Shown: positions 20,055 through 29,445 of the stretch, piece by piece
Position numbering within the stretch: the stretch's first letter is position 1
Layout: each line of letters opens with the position of its first letter
Source of the DNA: an uncultured bacterium
GTDB lineage: Bacteria > Chloroflexota > UBA5177 > JANWHV01
Length of the DNA stretch: 64,000 nucleotides
Direction: 5' to 3'
Assembly (NCBI GenBank): GCA_963827235.1
Contig: CAWHAE010000012.1
Span: forward strand, 480,001 to 544,000
The notes under the pieces: model-generated
What the model was told of the DNA's origin: nothing
The model's database searches: none
Seen by the model: the letters and a program-made list of their open reading frames with translations, nothing else
Translations under genes and position numbers: made by a program

Positions 20055-20804
20055 ACGTGCCTTCCCAGCGGAGCGGGCAGACAGAAGAGTAGCGTCGGTG
20101 GCCCGACCTTCGCCTACCATGCTAGCGCTCCCGCGGCTTCCGGCCCACCGTACCGCGGCCGGGCGGGTACGCGCGGAGACCGGTTGTGGGGCTGCCCGTG
20201 TCGAGAAAGACGGTCTCAAGGCGCGTAGTCCCGTGTGTGGTGACGGTGCGGCCCGACTCACCGGCTTGGCCGAGCCGCGGCAGCGTGGTCATGCAGTGAT
20301 TCCATCGTGCATCTACGAATGCTTGACACAGAGATGTACGATCGAGGGTGGATACACGGCCGGATCCCGCGAACGAGTGCCCAGCCCGGCGCGCCGAACA
20401 GACTGACCCCGTCCGATCGCTCCGGAACCGATCCGCGCGGAGGGCATGATGCGATGCCCGGGTCGAGTCGCCGGCTTGACAGCGACCGTCGAGCACTGCG
20501 GGTGTGCTCGAGCAGGCGCGGTTGCCCGCCCTGTTCTTGCCGGGGCACCCGACGTGCCGTGGCCGCCGCACCACGTTCTGCTGGCCCTTCTCCAGCGCGA
20601 TCGCCGGCAGCCTAGTCGCCGGACCTTCACACCCACTAGGGAGCCCGCCGCCGGCGCCCGAACAGCCAAGCGGTCCAGACTGCAGGCCGCAGCCCCGGGC
20701 CGGCGCCTTCCCGTACAACGTTCGGGAAAGGAGGTCTCCAGCTGGTGAAGTGGAGTAGAGCGCGCCGGCGTCGTTTGGCCCGGCGCTGATTGGAGCGGGG
20801 GCCA

Positions 20805-21920
20805 ATGAACGGCGATGAACACGCATGGTGGGTTCACGTGGTGCGCCGCGGCGTGGTCGTGGCGCTGCTGTTGCTGCCGGCGGCGCATGCGATGGGGGCG
20901 AACGCCGGCGGTGGCGTGGAATATCGGGCTCTGCAAGGGTCCCGGTCGCCACTGCAAGGCCCACCGGCGATCGTGGAACTGGGCACTTTGCCGGGAGGGT
21001 CGGTTAGCGCGGCGTCCGGCATCAACGATCTGGGCCAGGTCGTGGGTAGCGCGGACAACGGCAGCCAGATGCATGCCGTGCGCTGGGACGGGGCAAGGAT
21101 CACCGACCTCGGTACGCTTCCGGGCGGAACGTGGAGCACCGCCTTGCGGATCAACGCCCGGGGTCAGATCGTGGGCTACTCGTCCACTGCCGGCGGCTCG
21201 TATCACCCGGTGCTGTGGGATCGAGGCACGATCACCGATCTCGGCTCTCTCGGCGGCGGATCCGGGTACGCAAATGGCATCAACGATCGCGGCCAGATCG
21301 TGGGAGGCGTAGCCGGCAGTGGCGGTCTGTATCGCCCAGTGATGTGGGATAGGGGCCGAATCGCCGATATCGGCACGCTGCCGGGAGAGACATGGGCCAT
21401 GGCCCAGGACATCAACGCGCTGGGCCAAATAGTGGGCTATGGCACGACTCCCGGCGCGCAGCGGCCGCTGCTCTGGGAAAGGGGTGTGATCACCGACCTC
21501 GGCACCCTTGGCGGCAGCTACGGCTATGCCAATGCGATCAACAATCGTGGCCAGATCGTGGGCTACGCCGCTCCCACCAGCGGCGGACCATATCAGCCGG
21601 TGCTTTGGGATAGGGGTGTGATCGCCGACCTTGGCACCCTGAGCGCAGGCGCCGGGTATGCCAACGACATCAACGAGAGGGGCCAGGTCGTGGGCAATGC
21701 GGCAACCGCCGACGGAGATACGCATGCCGTGCTCTGGGACAACGGCACGATCGTCGACCTCGGCACGCTTCCGGGCGGCGGATCGAGCGGTGCTTCCGGC
21801 ATCAACGACTACGGCCAGATCGTGGGTATTGCCGTGAATGCCGCGCACATGCAGCGTGCGGTCCTCTGGCAACCCGCGGCGGGCTGTCGCGCGCTGCCTT
21901 CCGGGGTGTGCCTGCGCTGA
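20805..21920 (+). CDS. Secreted HAF-repeat beta-propeller protein
   Basis: Seven repeats of DLGTLxGGxxxAxxINxxGQIVG...VLWDxG; N-terminal hydrophobic signal. Confidence 0.9.
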   Translation: MNGDEHAWWVHVVRRGVVVALLLLPAAHAMGANAGGGVEYRALQGSRSPLQGPPAIVELGTLPGGSVSAASGINDLGQVVGSADNGSQMHAVRWDGARITDLGTLPGGTWSTALRINARGQIVGYSSTAGGSYHPVLWDRGTITDLGSLGGGSGYANGINDRGQIVGGVAGSGGLYRPVMWDRGRIADIGTLPGETWAMAQDINALGQIVGYGTTPGAQRPLLWERGVITDLGTLGGSYGYANAINNRGQIVGYAAPTSGGPYQPVLWDRGVIADLGTLSAGAGYANDINERGQVVGNAATADGDTHAVLWDNGTIVDLGTLPGGGSSGASGINDYGQIVGIAVNAAHMQRAVLWQPAAGCRALPSGVCLR

Positions 21921-22637
21921 AGCGGTCCCTTGGCGAACGCGCGCTTCACGCGGCAGTTGGCTGTCGATAAGCAACCCATGGTCCGATCGGAGACCGGCCG
22001 TTCAGGTCGGTCGACTCATGGGCGACGCCGCGGCCGGGTTGGAAATGGATCGGCCAGGTCACGATCTTCGCTTGCCTGCGCCGCGGCCTGTAGGTGAAGC
22101 GCGGCTGGAAGCTTCACAGGCGCGGCTACCGCGCGAAGTCCCACAGGCGGCCGTCCTCACGATGCCGCGGTGCTGCAGCCGTTTCGGGCAAGCGTCTTGA
22201 GGGATAGGAAAACCTGCCATGCCAGTATGCAGGTCTTTCCTACTGTAACTTCCGGACCACCCGTCGCGCGATGAGAAATCGCTCCCATCGCCTATTGGGT
22301 TAGCGTGCGATCCGATTTCGCGGCGGCCAGCGTGGCAGAGACCGACAGGGGCACCGGCCGCAGTGGGTCGCAGTTGATGCCCGACCGCCGTCGTCTGCTG
22401 TCATAGCTCCGCGGAGTCAGGCTGTACGCACCCACGGCGCGCAGCGGATGTCACGTGCATCCACTGCGTGTCGGGTGCAATGGCATTCTCTGTGACGGGC
22501 TGCAATACCCAGGCCAGGGTGTAACCCGCGAGGGCGGAGTGAACTCCGCGCTTGGCGGTCCATGAGCCTCCCCAGGATGAATCCTTGGGCATCGAGTGCG
22601 CCTTCGCCGCCAATGTGGCTCCCAGCGTGGCTTGCCG

Positions 22638-23981
22638 TTAGGCCCGCCACCTGCGGCGAGCGGGCATCGCGCCTGCTTCGCGCGAGCGCGCGCCGTCGAA
22701 AGCCGGTCGCGGGCTCTCGCTCCGTGACGGGCTGCCTCCCTGCGGCGCGGTGGCTGCCGGTTCCCTGTGCACTGCCGGGTGCAGCCGTCCCAGGACGGCC
22801 GGACCTGCCTGGACGCGACGGGGTGCTGGCGCCGCCTGCCCTCGAGTGGCCTGCGGCGAGAGCTTGCGCTGGATGCTCCGCAGCTCGATCTCGTCCTCGG
22901 GGGCGACCAGCGTGATCGCCACGCCGTCCGCGCCCATGCGCGCCGTGCGGCCGACGCGATGCGTGTAGGCCTCGGCCGTGTCCGGCAGATCGTAGTTCAC
23001 GACGTGCGTCAGCCCGGTGATGTCGATGCCGCGGCTGGCGATATCGGTGGCGACAAGCACCTCGAGCTGCCCAGCGCGCAGCGCCCCGAGCGCCCTTTCC
23101 CTCTGCGCCTGGGTACGGCGTCCGTGTAGCGTCGCTACCTTGAAGCCTCGCCTCTCCAGGTCCGTGGCGAGCTTGTCCGCTTTGTGCGTCGTCCGCCGGA
23201 AGACCAGAGCCAGGCGGCACTCGGCGCCGATCAGTATGTCGTGCAGCTTCTCAATCTTCTCGGACGTCGTGCCGACGCGGAGAAACTGCTCGTCCAGGGT
23301 GTCCAGCTGGGAATCCTCGACTGCAGGCGAGACCCGGGCGGCATTTCGCGTATGGCGCGCGACCAGCGCCTCCACCTCGGCCGGGAACGTGGCGCTGAAC
23401 AGACCGGTCTGCCGAGCCGCTGGCACGGCGCGCAGGATTCTGTCGATGTCGGGGGCAAAGCCCACGTCGAGCATGCGATCGGCCTCGTCCAGTATGACGA
23501 GCCGCACGCGGCTCAGGTCCAGCGTGCCACGGGCCACGTGATCGAGCACCCGTCCCGGTGTGCCTACCACGACCTGGGCGCCGCCGCGCAGGGCCTGGAG
23601 CTGCGGCAGCATGCTGACGCCTCCGTAGATCGCGACGACGCGCACGCCGGACGCGTGCCCGAGGGCGTCCACCGCGGTCGCCACCTGAGAAGCCAGCTCC
23701 CGCGTCGGCGTCAAGACGATTGCCTGCACGAAGCGGTCCTGGGCCCTGATGCCTTCGACGAGCGGTATGCCAAAGCCTGCAGTCTTGCCGGACCCGGTCT
23801 TTGCCAGCCCGATGACGTCTCGCCCCTCGCGCAGCAACGGAATGGACAGCTCCTGGATCGGCGTCGGTTTCGTGTAGCCGAGCGCGCTCAGCGCGCGATC
23901 GATCCGCGCGTCGACGGGTATGCTGCCAAAGCGCAGCTGCTGCTCCAGAGGCCGTGTCTCCGCGGTTGCCATGGTTACCAT
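22638..23981 (-). CDS. DEAD-box RNA helicase
   Basis: Q motif PTPIQ, AKTGSGKT, PTRELA, TPGR, DEAD, SAT, SRGID, HRVGRTAR; GGAG SD before ATG 23981. Confidence 0.95.
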   Translation of the reverse strand: MVTMATAETRPLEQQLRFGSIPVDARIDRALSALGYTKPTPIQELSIPLLREGRDVIGLAKTGSGKTAGFGIPLVEGIRAQDRFVQAIVLTPTRELASQVATAVDALGHASGVRVVAIYGGVSMLPQLQALRGGAQVVVGTPGRVLDHVARGTLDLSRVRLVILDEADRMLDVGFAPDIDRILRAVPAARQTGLFSATFPAEVEALVARHTRNAARVSPAVEDSQLDTLDEQFLRVGTTSEKIEKLHDILIGAECRLALVFRRTTHKADKLATDLERRGFKVATLHGRRTQAQRERALGALRAGQLEVLVATDIASRGIDITGLTHVVNYDLPDTAEAYTHRVGRTARMGADGVAITLVAPEDEIELRSIQRKLSPQATRGQAAPAPRRVQAGPAVLGRLHPAVHREPAATAPQGGSPSRSESPRPAFDGARSREAGAMPARRRWRA

Positions 23982-24439
23982 GAATTCTCCATACCAGCGT
24001 GCGGCCGGCTGCCGGCAGCACGATCTTCTTTGTTCTCGGGGCAGCGCATTGCCATCGCGGCACTCGCTTCGCCGGGAGCGTCCCACCAGAATTGCCCCGG
24101 CGCGACGACGCCGCGGGCTGCACTGTTGGTCAAGCTGAATGGGTCCGACTGGCAAACCCGATCTGGCAATGCAGAGTGCACTGCGCGGGGAGCGGACACC
24201 AGAAGACAGCGACATTACCATGCACCAGCCCGTGGAACCCGGCCGGTGCCAGACGTCTGCAGTATAGCACGGTAGCCAGATCGTGTCCTTGCGGCAAAGA
24301 GGCCGGCGTAGAATACTGGAACCGCGAGCGAGCGAAAGCCCGCGCGGCATGTCCGTCTGTGCCCATACCAGGACGGGGGGTCAACACGTAGGCGAGGACG
24401 GCATCTTGCTCGGGCGGCGAGCCGGTTCGGAGAGCAGCG

Positions 24440-25849
24440 ATGCGTTCATGGGAATCGATGGCCGGTCGTCTTGCACTGTGCGCGGCTTTAGTCTGCGCAG
24501 TGAGCGGCCTCTCCGCGGCTATAGCCGGTCCGCCTCGGCACGCCGAAGCAGCGGGCATAACAGGTGCCACCCCGGCAAGCATTTCTGAGCCGGCTGAGTC
24601 TGCCTTCTCAGGTACTCTCGGCACGGTGACGACCGACGACGCGTCTATCCCACCTTCCGACCTGGTTAGCACGATCCAGTGGGGGGATGCATCAGGATCG
24701 GCGGGCAGCGCGACGGTCGATACGGCTCAGCCGAACAGCTTCTTCATTGGCGGCTCGCACACCTACGCCCTGGCCGGCTCCTACAGCCTGGTAGTCACCG
24801 TGACGTACTCGTCGGGCGGCGTGCAGCTCTCTGCCACGACGTTTTATCCTCAGGCGACCATCACCGCGCCACTGGCCACCGCCGGCACTGCCTCGAGCAC
24901 GCCTACCTGGACGCGAACCGCCACGACTACCTGGACGCGAACCGCCACGCCTACGTTCACATTCACGGTCACCTTGACGAGGACCCCTACCCGCACCATC
25001 ACGCCGAGCGTGACGAAGACGTGGACCGGCACGCCGACCTATACTCCGACCAGGACACACACCGTCACACCAACCAGTACTCCGACGGCGACGGCCACCA
25101 AAACCGCTACCGGTTCGCCGACCGTCACACAGACCGGGACGCCGACCGTCACACAGACGCCCACTGATACTGCCACCGGCACGGCCACAGAGACCGTCAC
25201 GGCGGCAGTCACTGTGAGCAGCACCGTGACCGGCACCAATACGGCAACACTGAGCGACACGCCTGCCACGACGCCGTCAGCCACGCTCACGGGCACACCG
25301 AGAGGGACGCCCGCGCGGACGGCTACACGCGCGACGCGGGCGCGGACCGTGACGCCGGTCATGTCGCCGGCGAGAACGGCGAGCCGCACCCCGGTGCCTG
25401 GCAAGGCGACGATCGTGGCGGAGCATGCACGACCGGCCGCTGCGGCGGTGGTGACAAAGAAGCTGAACACACCGCTGACGATGCGCGTGACGTCCCAGGT
25501 CATCTCCGGTGCCGTATTGAAGGCGCACATCACGACAAGTCCAAAGGCTCGCGTGCAAGCAGCACTCAAGGTTCAGGTGACGGCGGTGGCCTATATCGGC
25601 ACGGGCTCCCGGCGCCAACGCGTCGTAGTGAAGAAGGTTGCTTACCAGGTGACCTGGAGTGGTACGGCGAACAAGACGGGCGCCGCGGATGCGTCGCTGC
25701 GTGTCACCTACCACCCGAAGTCAGCCGTGAAGGCGCAGTTTACCGTCACCTCTCGTGGCAGCCTTGGTGCGACCATTCGCTCCTCCACCATCACCATAAG
25801 ACCGCCGGCACAATCCGACGAAAGGCAGGCCAGCCGGCCCAGCAAGTGA
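24440..25849 (+). CDS. Secreted protein: PKD/Ig-like domain, Thr/Pro-rich linker, basic C-terminal domain
   Basis: Signal peptide ending AEA; IQWGD...GSHTY...YSLVVTVT; long (xT)n tract. Confidence 0.82.
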   Translation: MRSWESMAGRLALCAALVCAVSGLSAAIAGPPRHAEAAGITGATPASISEPAESAFSGTLGTVTTDDASIPPSDLVSTIQWGDASGSAGSATVDTAQPNSFFIGGSHTYALAGSYSLVVTVTYSSGGVQLSATTFYPQATITAPLATAGTASSTPTWTRTATTTWTRTATPTFTFTVTLTRTPTRTITPSVTKTWTGTPTYTPTRTHTVTPTSTPTATATKTATGSPTVTQTGTPTVTQTPTDTATGTATETVTAAVTVSSTVTGTNTATLSDTPATTPSATLTGTPRGTPARTATRATRARTVTPVMSPARTASRTPVPGKATIVAEHARPAAAAVVTKKLNTPLTMRVTSQVISGAVLKAHITTSPKARVQAALKVQVTAVAYIGTGSRRQRVVVKKVAYQVTWSGTANKTGAADASLRVTYHPKSAVKAQFTVTSRGSLGATIRSSTITIRPPAQSDERQASRPSK

Positions 25850-26012
25850 GTGAGCTCGCTTGTCGGGCCGCGTCTGGGTCATGCAGGGCCCAAGAAAGGG
25901 AGCCGGAAGACTCGTCTTCCTGTACCTCCAACCTTCGAGATGCGGTACGCTAGAGGATAGGTACTCTGGACGTCATCGATCCCGGTTTTTCCAGCTAACG
26001 GGGAGGAACCCC

Positions 26013-27593
26013 ATGCACGATACTTGCGAGCGCTGCGGCCTGTTCCATCCCGCATCCGCGCCCTGCATCTCACTGAATCTTCGCACCGATGGCCAGCAAG
26101 GGGGCCTGCGACCGGGTACGCTGCTGGCAGGGCGGTACCAGATCACCCGCGTCTTGCATCGCGGCGGGATGAGCATCATCTACCTGGCGGAAGACACCAA
26201 GCTCAACGGCCGTGAGATCGCGCTCAAGGAACTGAGAGTTCCGGACAACGCCTCGGATGCGGACACGCAAGAAGCCGAGGCGTGGTTTGCTCGCGAATCG
26301 GCGCTGTTGAGCATGCTCCGCCACCCATTGATTCCGGTGTTCTACAGTGTCTTCCGCGAAGCCGGTCGCAGCTACATTGCTCAGGAGTACGTTGCGGGCG
26401 AGAACCTCGAGGATCTCGTCCAGCGCCAGGGGCCGATCGAGCCGGATCTCGTTCTGTCCTGGGGCATCGCCCTGACGCAGATGCTGCAGTACCTACACAG
26501 CTTGCCGGAACCGGTAATCTTCCGGGACCTCAAGCCGGCCAACATCGTGTTGCGTTCCATGTGGAGCTCGCCGGACCGGCGACTCGCGTTGGTGGACTTT
26601 GGTATCGCGCGATCCTACGCAAAGGACAGTGTCGGCACCGTGATCGGCACTCCGGGCTACGCACCGCCGGAGCAGTACCAGGGTATGGCAACGCCGCAGA
26701 GCGACGTCTATTCGCTCGGCGTCACGCTGCACCGGCTGCTCACGGGGTACGATCCGGAGCAGGGAACGCCGTTCACGTTCCCGCCGGTGCGCTCGCTGAA
26801 TCCGAGCGTGTCGCCGGGCCTGTCCGCGGTGGTTGCTCGAGCAACGGCGTTGAATCCCGCGGAGCGCTTTGCCACTGCCGACGAGATGAACGCAGCGCTG
26901 AGCGAGCTGGCGCCGCCGGCACTGCATGCGTCAGCGCGGCAGCGGCGGCGTACGTCGTTGTTCGACAGCACGTGGATGGCTGTTGCCGCGGCACTCGTGG
27001 GCATATCGTTGCTTTCCCGCATCGCGGCTTTCGTAACTGTACAGCCGAGTCAGGACTGGTCAAACTCAATGATGGCCGGTCCCGGCGTGAGCAGCATCCC
27101 GTCGATTGTCGTGCCCGCTGCATGGCAGTGCGGCAGCGATCAGCTTGGCGCCGCGATCAGTAGTCTCAGCAGCCAGTCATCGCTGATCTTCGCCTGCAGC
27201 AGCGATGGCACGGCCTGGCAGCTCGACACCCAGCATGATCTGCTCTTGCACCACGCCATCGACGGCCCGATCGACACCGCCGTCGGCGTCCCTGTGTCAA
27301 CGCGGGCTTTTGATGCGATCACGCCTGTGCCCAGCTCTGGCGGCGTCCAGGGCGACTACGTCTGGCTGACTGGACATAACACGAACCGTGTTGTCGTGCG
27401 CGATCCCAGCGGACAGTTCCACGTCTACACGATCAAGCTTCCCGGGGCGTCGTCGATTGTTCCTGCCACGGGTCTGGCAGCCTCGATGCTTGGCAGCCAG
27501 ATGAACGGGAGCCTCGTGTTCCAGATACCCGGCCAGTCGGGCACGCATGTGATCACGGCTGGCGGGCAGGTAGATCCGGCCTCGACCAACTGA
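26013..27593 (+). CDS. Membrane Ser/Thr protein kinase (Hanks type)
   Basis: GGMSIIY, ALKEL, FRDLKPAN, DFG, GTPGYAPPE; N-terminal CxxC; one TM; GGGAGG SD. Confidence 0.93.
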   Translation: MHDTCERCGLFHPASAPCISLNLRTDGQQGGLRPGTLLAGRYQITRVLHRGGMSIIYLAEDTKLNGREIALKELRVPDNASDADTQEAEAWFARESALLSMLRHPLIPVFYSVFREAGRSYIAQEYVAGENLEDLVQRQGPIEPDLVLSWGIALTQMLQYLHSLPEPVIFRDLKPANIVLRSMWSSPDRRLALVDFGIARSYAKDSVGTVIGTPGYAPPEQYQGMATPQSDVYSLGVTLHRLLTGYDPEQGTPFTFPPVRSLNPSVSPGLSAVVARATALNPAERFATADEMNAALSELAPPALHASARQRRRTSLFDSTWMAVAAALVGISLLSRIAAFVTVQPSQDWSNSMMAGPGVSSIPSIVVPAAWQCGSDQLGAAISSLSSQSSLIFACSSDGTAWQLDTQHDLLLHHAIDGPIDTAVGVPVSTRAFDAITPVPSSGGVQGDYVWLTGHNTNRVVVRDPSGQFHVYTIKLPGASSIVPATGLAASMLGSQMNGSLVFQIPGQSGTHVITAGGQVDPASTN

Positions 27594-27597
27594 GACA

Positions 27598-27647
27598 TCG
27601 TCCTGCGCAGCCGGCACCACGCGCGTGGTGCCGGCTGCGCAGGACGA
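27598..27647. terminator. Perfect 50-bp palindrome just after the kinase stop
   Basis: TCGTCCTGCGCAGCCGGCACCACGC followed directly by its exact reverse complement. Confidence 0.65.
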
Positions 27648-27985
27648 GTGCGTTTTCCTGGGCCGGCACACGGGATGGTGGCCGGATTGCCGCGTTCCGT
27701 GTCGCTCGAACGGGGCGGCCTGAAGATCACTGCCGGCCGAGGTCGTGAGGACACCTGCCGGCGGGACATCGCGGGCCGCGAGCGTGGTTGCTCGCCCTGT
27801 GGTTGCACGCCTCCGACCGGAAGCGAAGGACGAGGCCGTCCGCCTCCCCCTTTCGGCGACGGCGGGTACCGGACTAGTCCCTTTTTTGCAGGCTCGTCGG
27901 CCCGACGAGGGTTGTCCGGCGGTCGCGCCCAGGCACATAGTCAGTACTGTATGGGGCACGAGCTCGCGTGCCGAAGGAGTCATGA

Positions 27986-29239
27986 ATGTCCTCTGAGCTT
28001 TCCGTCGCTTTTCTGGGCTCATATCCGCCGCGACCTTGCGGCATAGCGACGTTTACCCGCGACTTGAGTGATGCGATTGCCCGCACGGGCCGCCATGTCG
28101 TCCCCCGCATCGTGGCCATCGACGACGAGGGCTCGCTCTATCGCTACCCTCGCCAGGTACGGTGGCGGATTGACCAGCAAGACCCGGCGAGCTGGAGGGA
28201 TGCCGCGCGGGCACTGAACAGCTCGAAAGTTTCGCTGGTATCCATCCAGCACGAATTCGGTATCGATGGCCATTTCGAGCGCGACGGCCGCTTTGCCGAT
28301 CATCTACCGTACTTCCTCGAGGAGATACGAAAGCCCGTCGTCACCACGCTGCACACGGTCTTGCCGAGTCCGCGCGCCGACATTCGCACGCCAATCCGCT
28401 ATCTTCATGACCGCAGCACCGCGGTGGTAACTATGGTCAACATGGCGCGCATGATTCTGGAGGAAGAATACGGCCTTCAGCCGGACAAGCTGCACATGAT
28501 TCCACACGGCGTGCCCGGAATACGTCGGGTGCCTACCGGGCGCGCCAAGCAATCGATGCAGCTTGGCGGACACACCGTACTGGCGACCTTCGGCCTGCTG
28601 AGCAGCGGCAAGGGCATCCAGTACGTCATCCGCGCCCTTCCCGACGTGGTGAGACACCATCCCGAGACCCTGTACCTGGTGATCGGCGAGACACACCCGG
28701 AGATTCGCAGACGCGAGGGCGAGAAGTATCGTAACTCGCTCATCGATCTGGTGAAGCGGCTTCGCCTCGAGAAGCACGTGCGGTTCGTGAACCAGTACGT
28801 CTCCCAGGACCAGCTGATCAGGTATTTGCAGGCAACCGACATCTACATCACGCCGTACGTGAACCGCAACCAGATCACGAGCGGCACTCTCGCCTATGCG
28901 CTCGGAGCAGGCAAGGCCGTGATCTCCACGCCGTACCTCTACGCGGCGGAAGCGCTGGCAGAAGGCCGCGGTCTGCTTGCCGAGTTTGGCAATCCGAAGT
29001 CGTTTGCCCGCTGCGTTCGCCTGCTTCTCGAGGAACCGGCCCTGCGAGAGCATTGTGAGCGGAGCGCCCTGGCATATGGCAAGCCCATGGGCTGGGACGC
29101 CGTGGGCAACCGCTACGCCGATCTGTTTCTGTCTTGCATAGGCGGGGCACAGTACGTCCACCCTGTCGTGGAGCTGAAGCTGCCGCTGGCCGGCGAGGAG
29201 CAGTCTCGCGAGCTTGCCCAGCTCAAGACAGCGAACTGA
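27986..29239 (+). CDS. Glycosyltransferase family 4
   Basis: YPPRPCGIATF, IQHEFGI, TTLHT, IPHG, KGIQY, SGTLAYALGAG. Confidence 0.9.
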   Translation: MSSELSVAFLGSYPPRPCGIATFTRDLSDAIARTGRHVVPRIVAIDDEGSLYRYPRQVRWRIDQQDPASWRDAARALNSSKVSLVSIQHEFGIDGHFERDGRFADHLPYFLEEIRKPVVTTLHTVLPSPRADIRTPIRYLHDRSTAVVTMVNMARMILEEEYGLQPDKLHMIPHGVPGIRRVPTGRAKQSMQLGGHTVLATFGLLSSGKGIQYVIRALPDVVRHHPETLYLVIGETHPEIRRREGEKYRNSLIDLVKRLRLEKHVRFVNQYVSQDQLIRYLQATDIYITPYVNRNQITSGTLAYALGAGKAVISTPYLYAAEALAEGRGLLAEFGNPKSFARCVRLLLEEPALREHCERSALAYGKPMGWDAVGNRYADLFLSCIGGAQYVHPVVELKLPLAGEEQSRELAQLKTAN

Positions 29240-29333
29240 AGCCGCCCTCAGCCTCCACCTGAGGAGATGGCACGGAGGGGGCGGGCCGCGGCCGGCCGCG
29301 ATAAACACGCCCTGCGAAGCCGGATCCCGCGCC

Positions 29334-29374
29334 GGCGATGCTGGAACACGTCATACACGTTTTCCAGCATCGCC
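29334..29374. terminator. Hairpin between convergent genes
   Basis: GGCGATGCTGGAA...TTCCAGCATCGCC. Confidence 0.6.
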
Positions 29375-29445
29375 CTCCGCCCCTGCGCCGACCGGCGCCA
29401 TGACCCGGCGCACGCCAGGTGGCGCGGCTGGGACGCATGACCGGG

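Noticed and set aside
20985-21870. Regular DNA repeats of about 125 bp as a possible array
   Set aside because: They are in-frame HAF protein repeats.
22205-22242. TAGGAAAACCTGC...GCAGGTCTTTCCTA inverted repeat as ncRNA or operator
   Set aside because: Single instance between convergent genes; cannot be told apart from a terminator.
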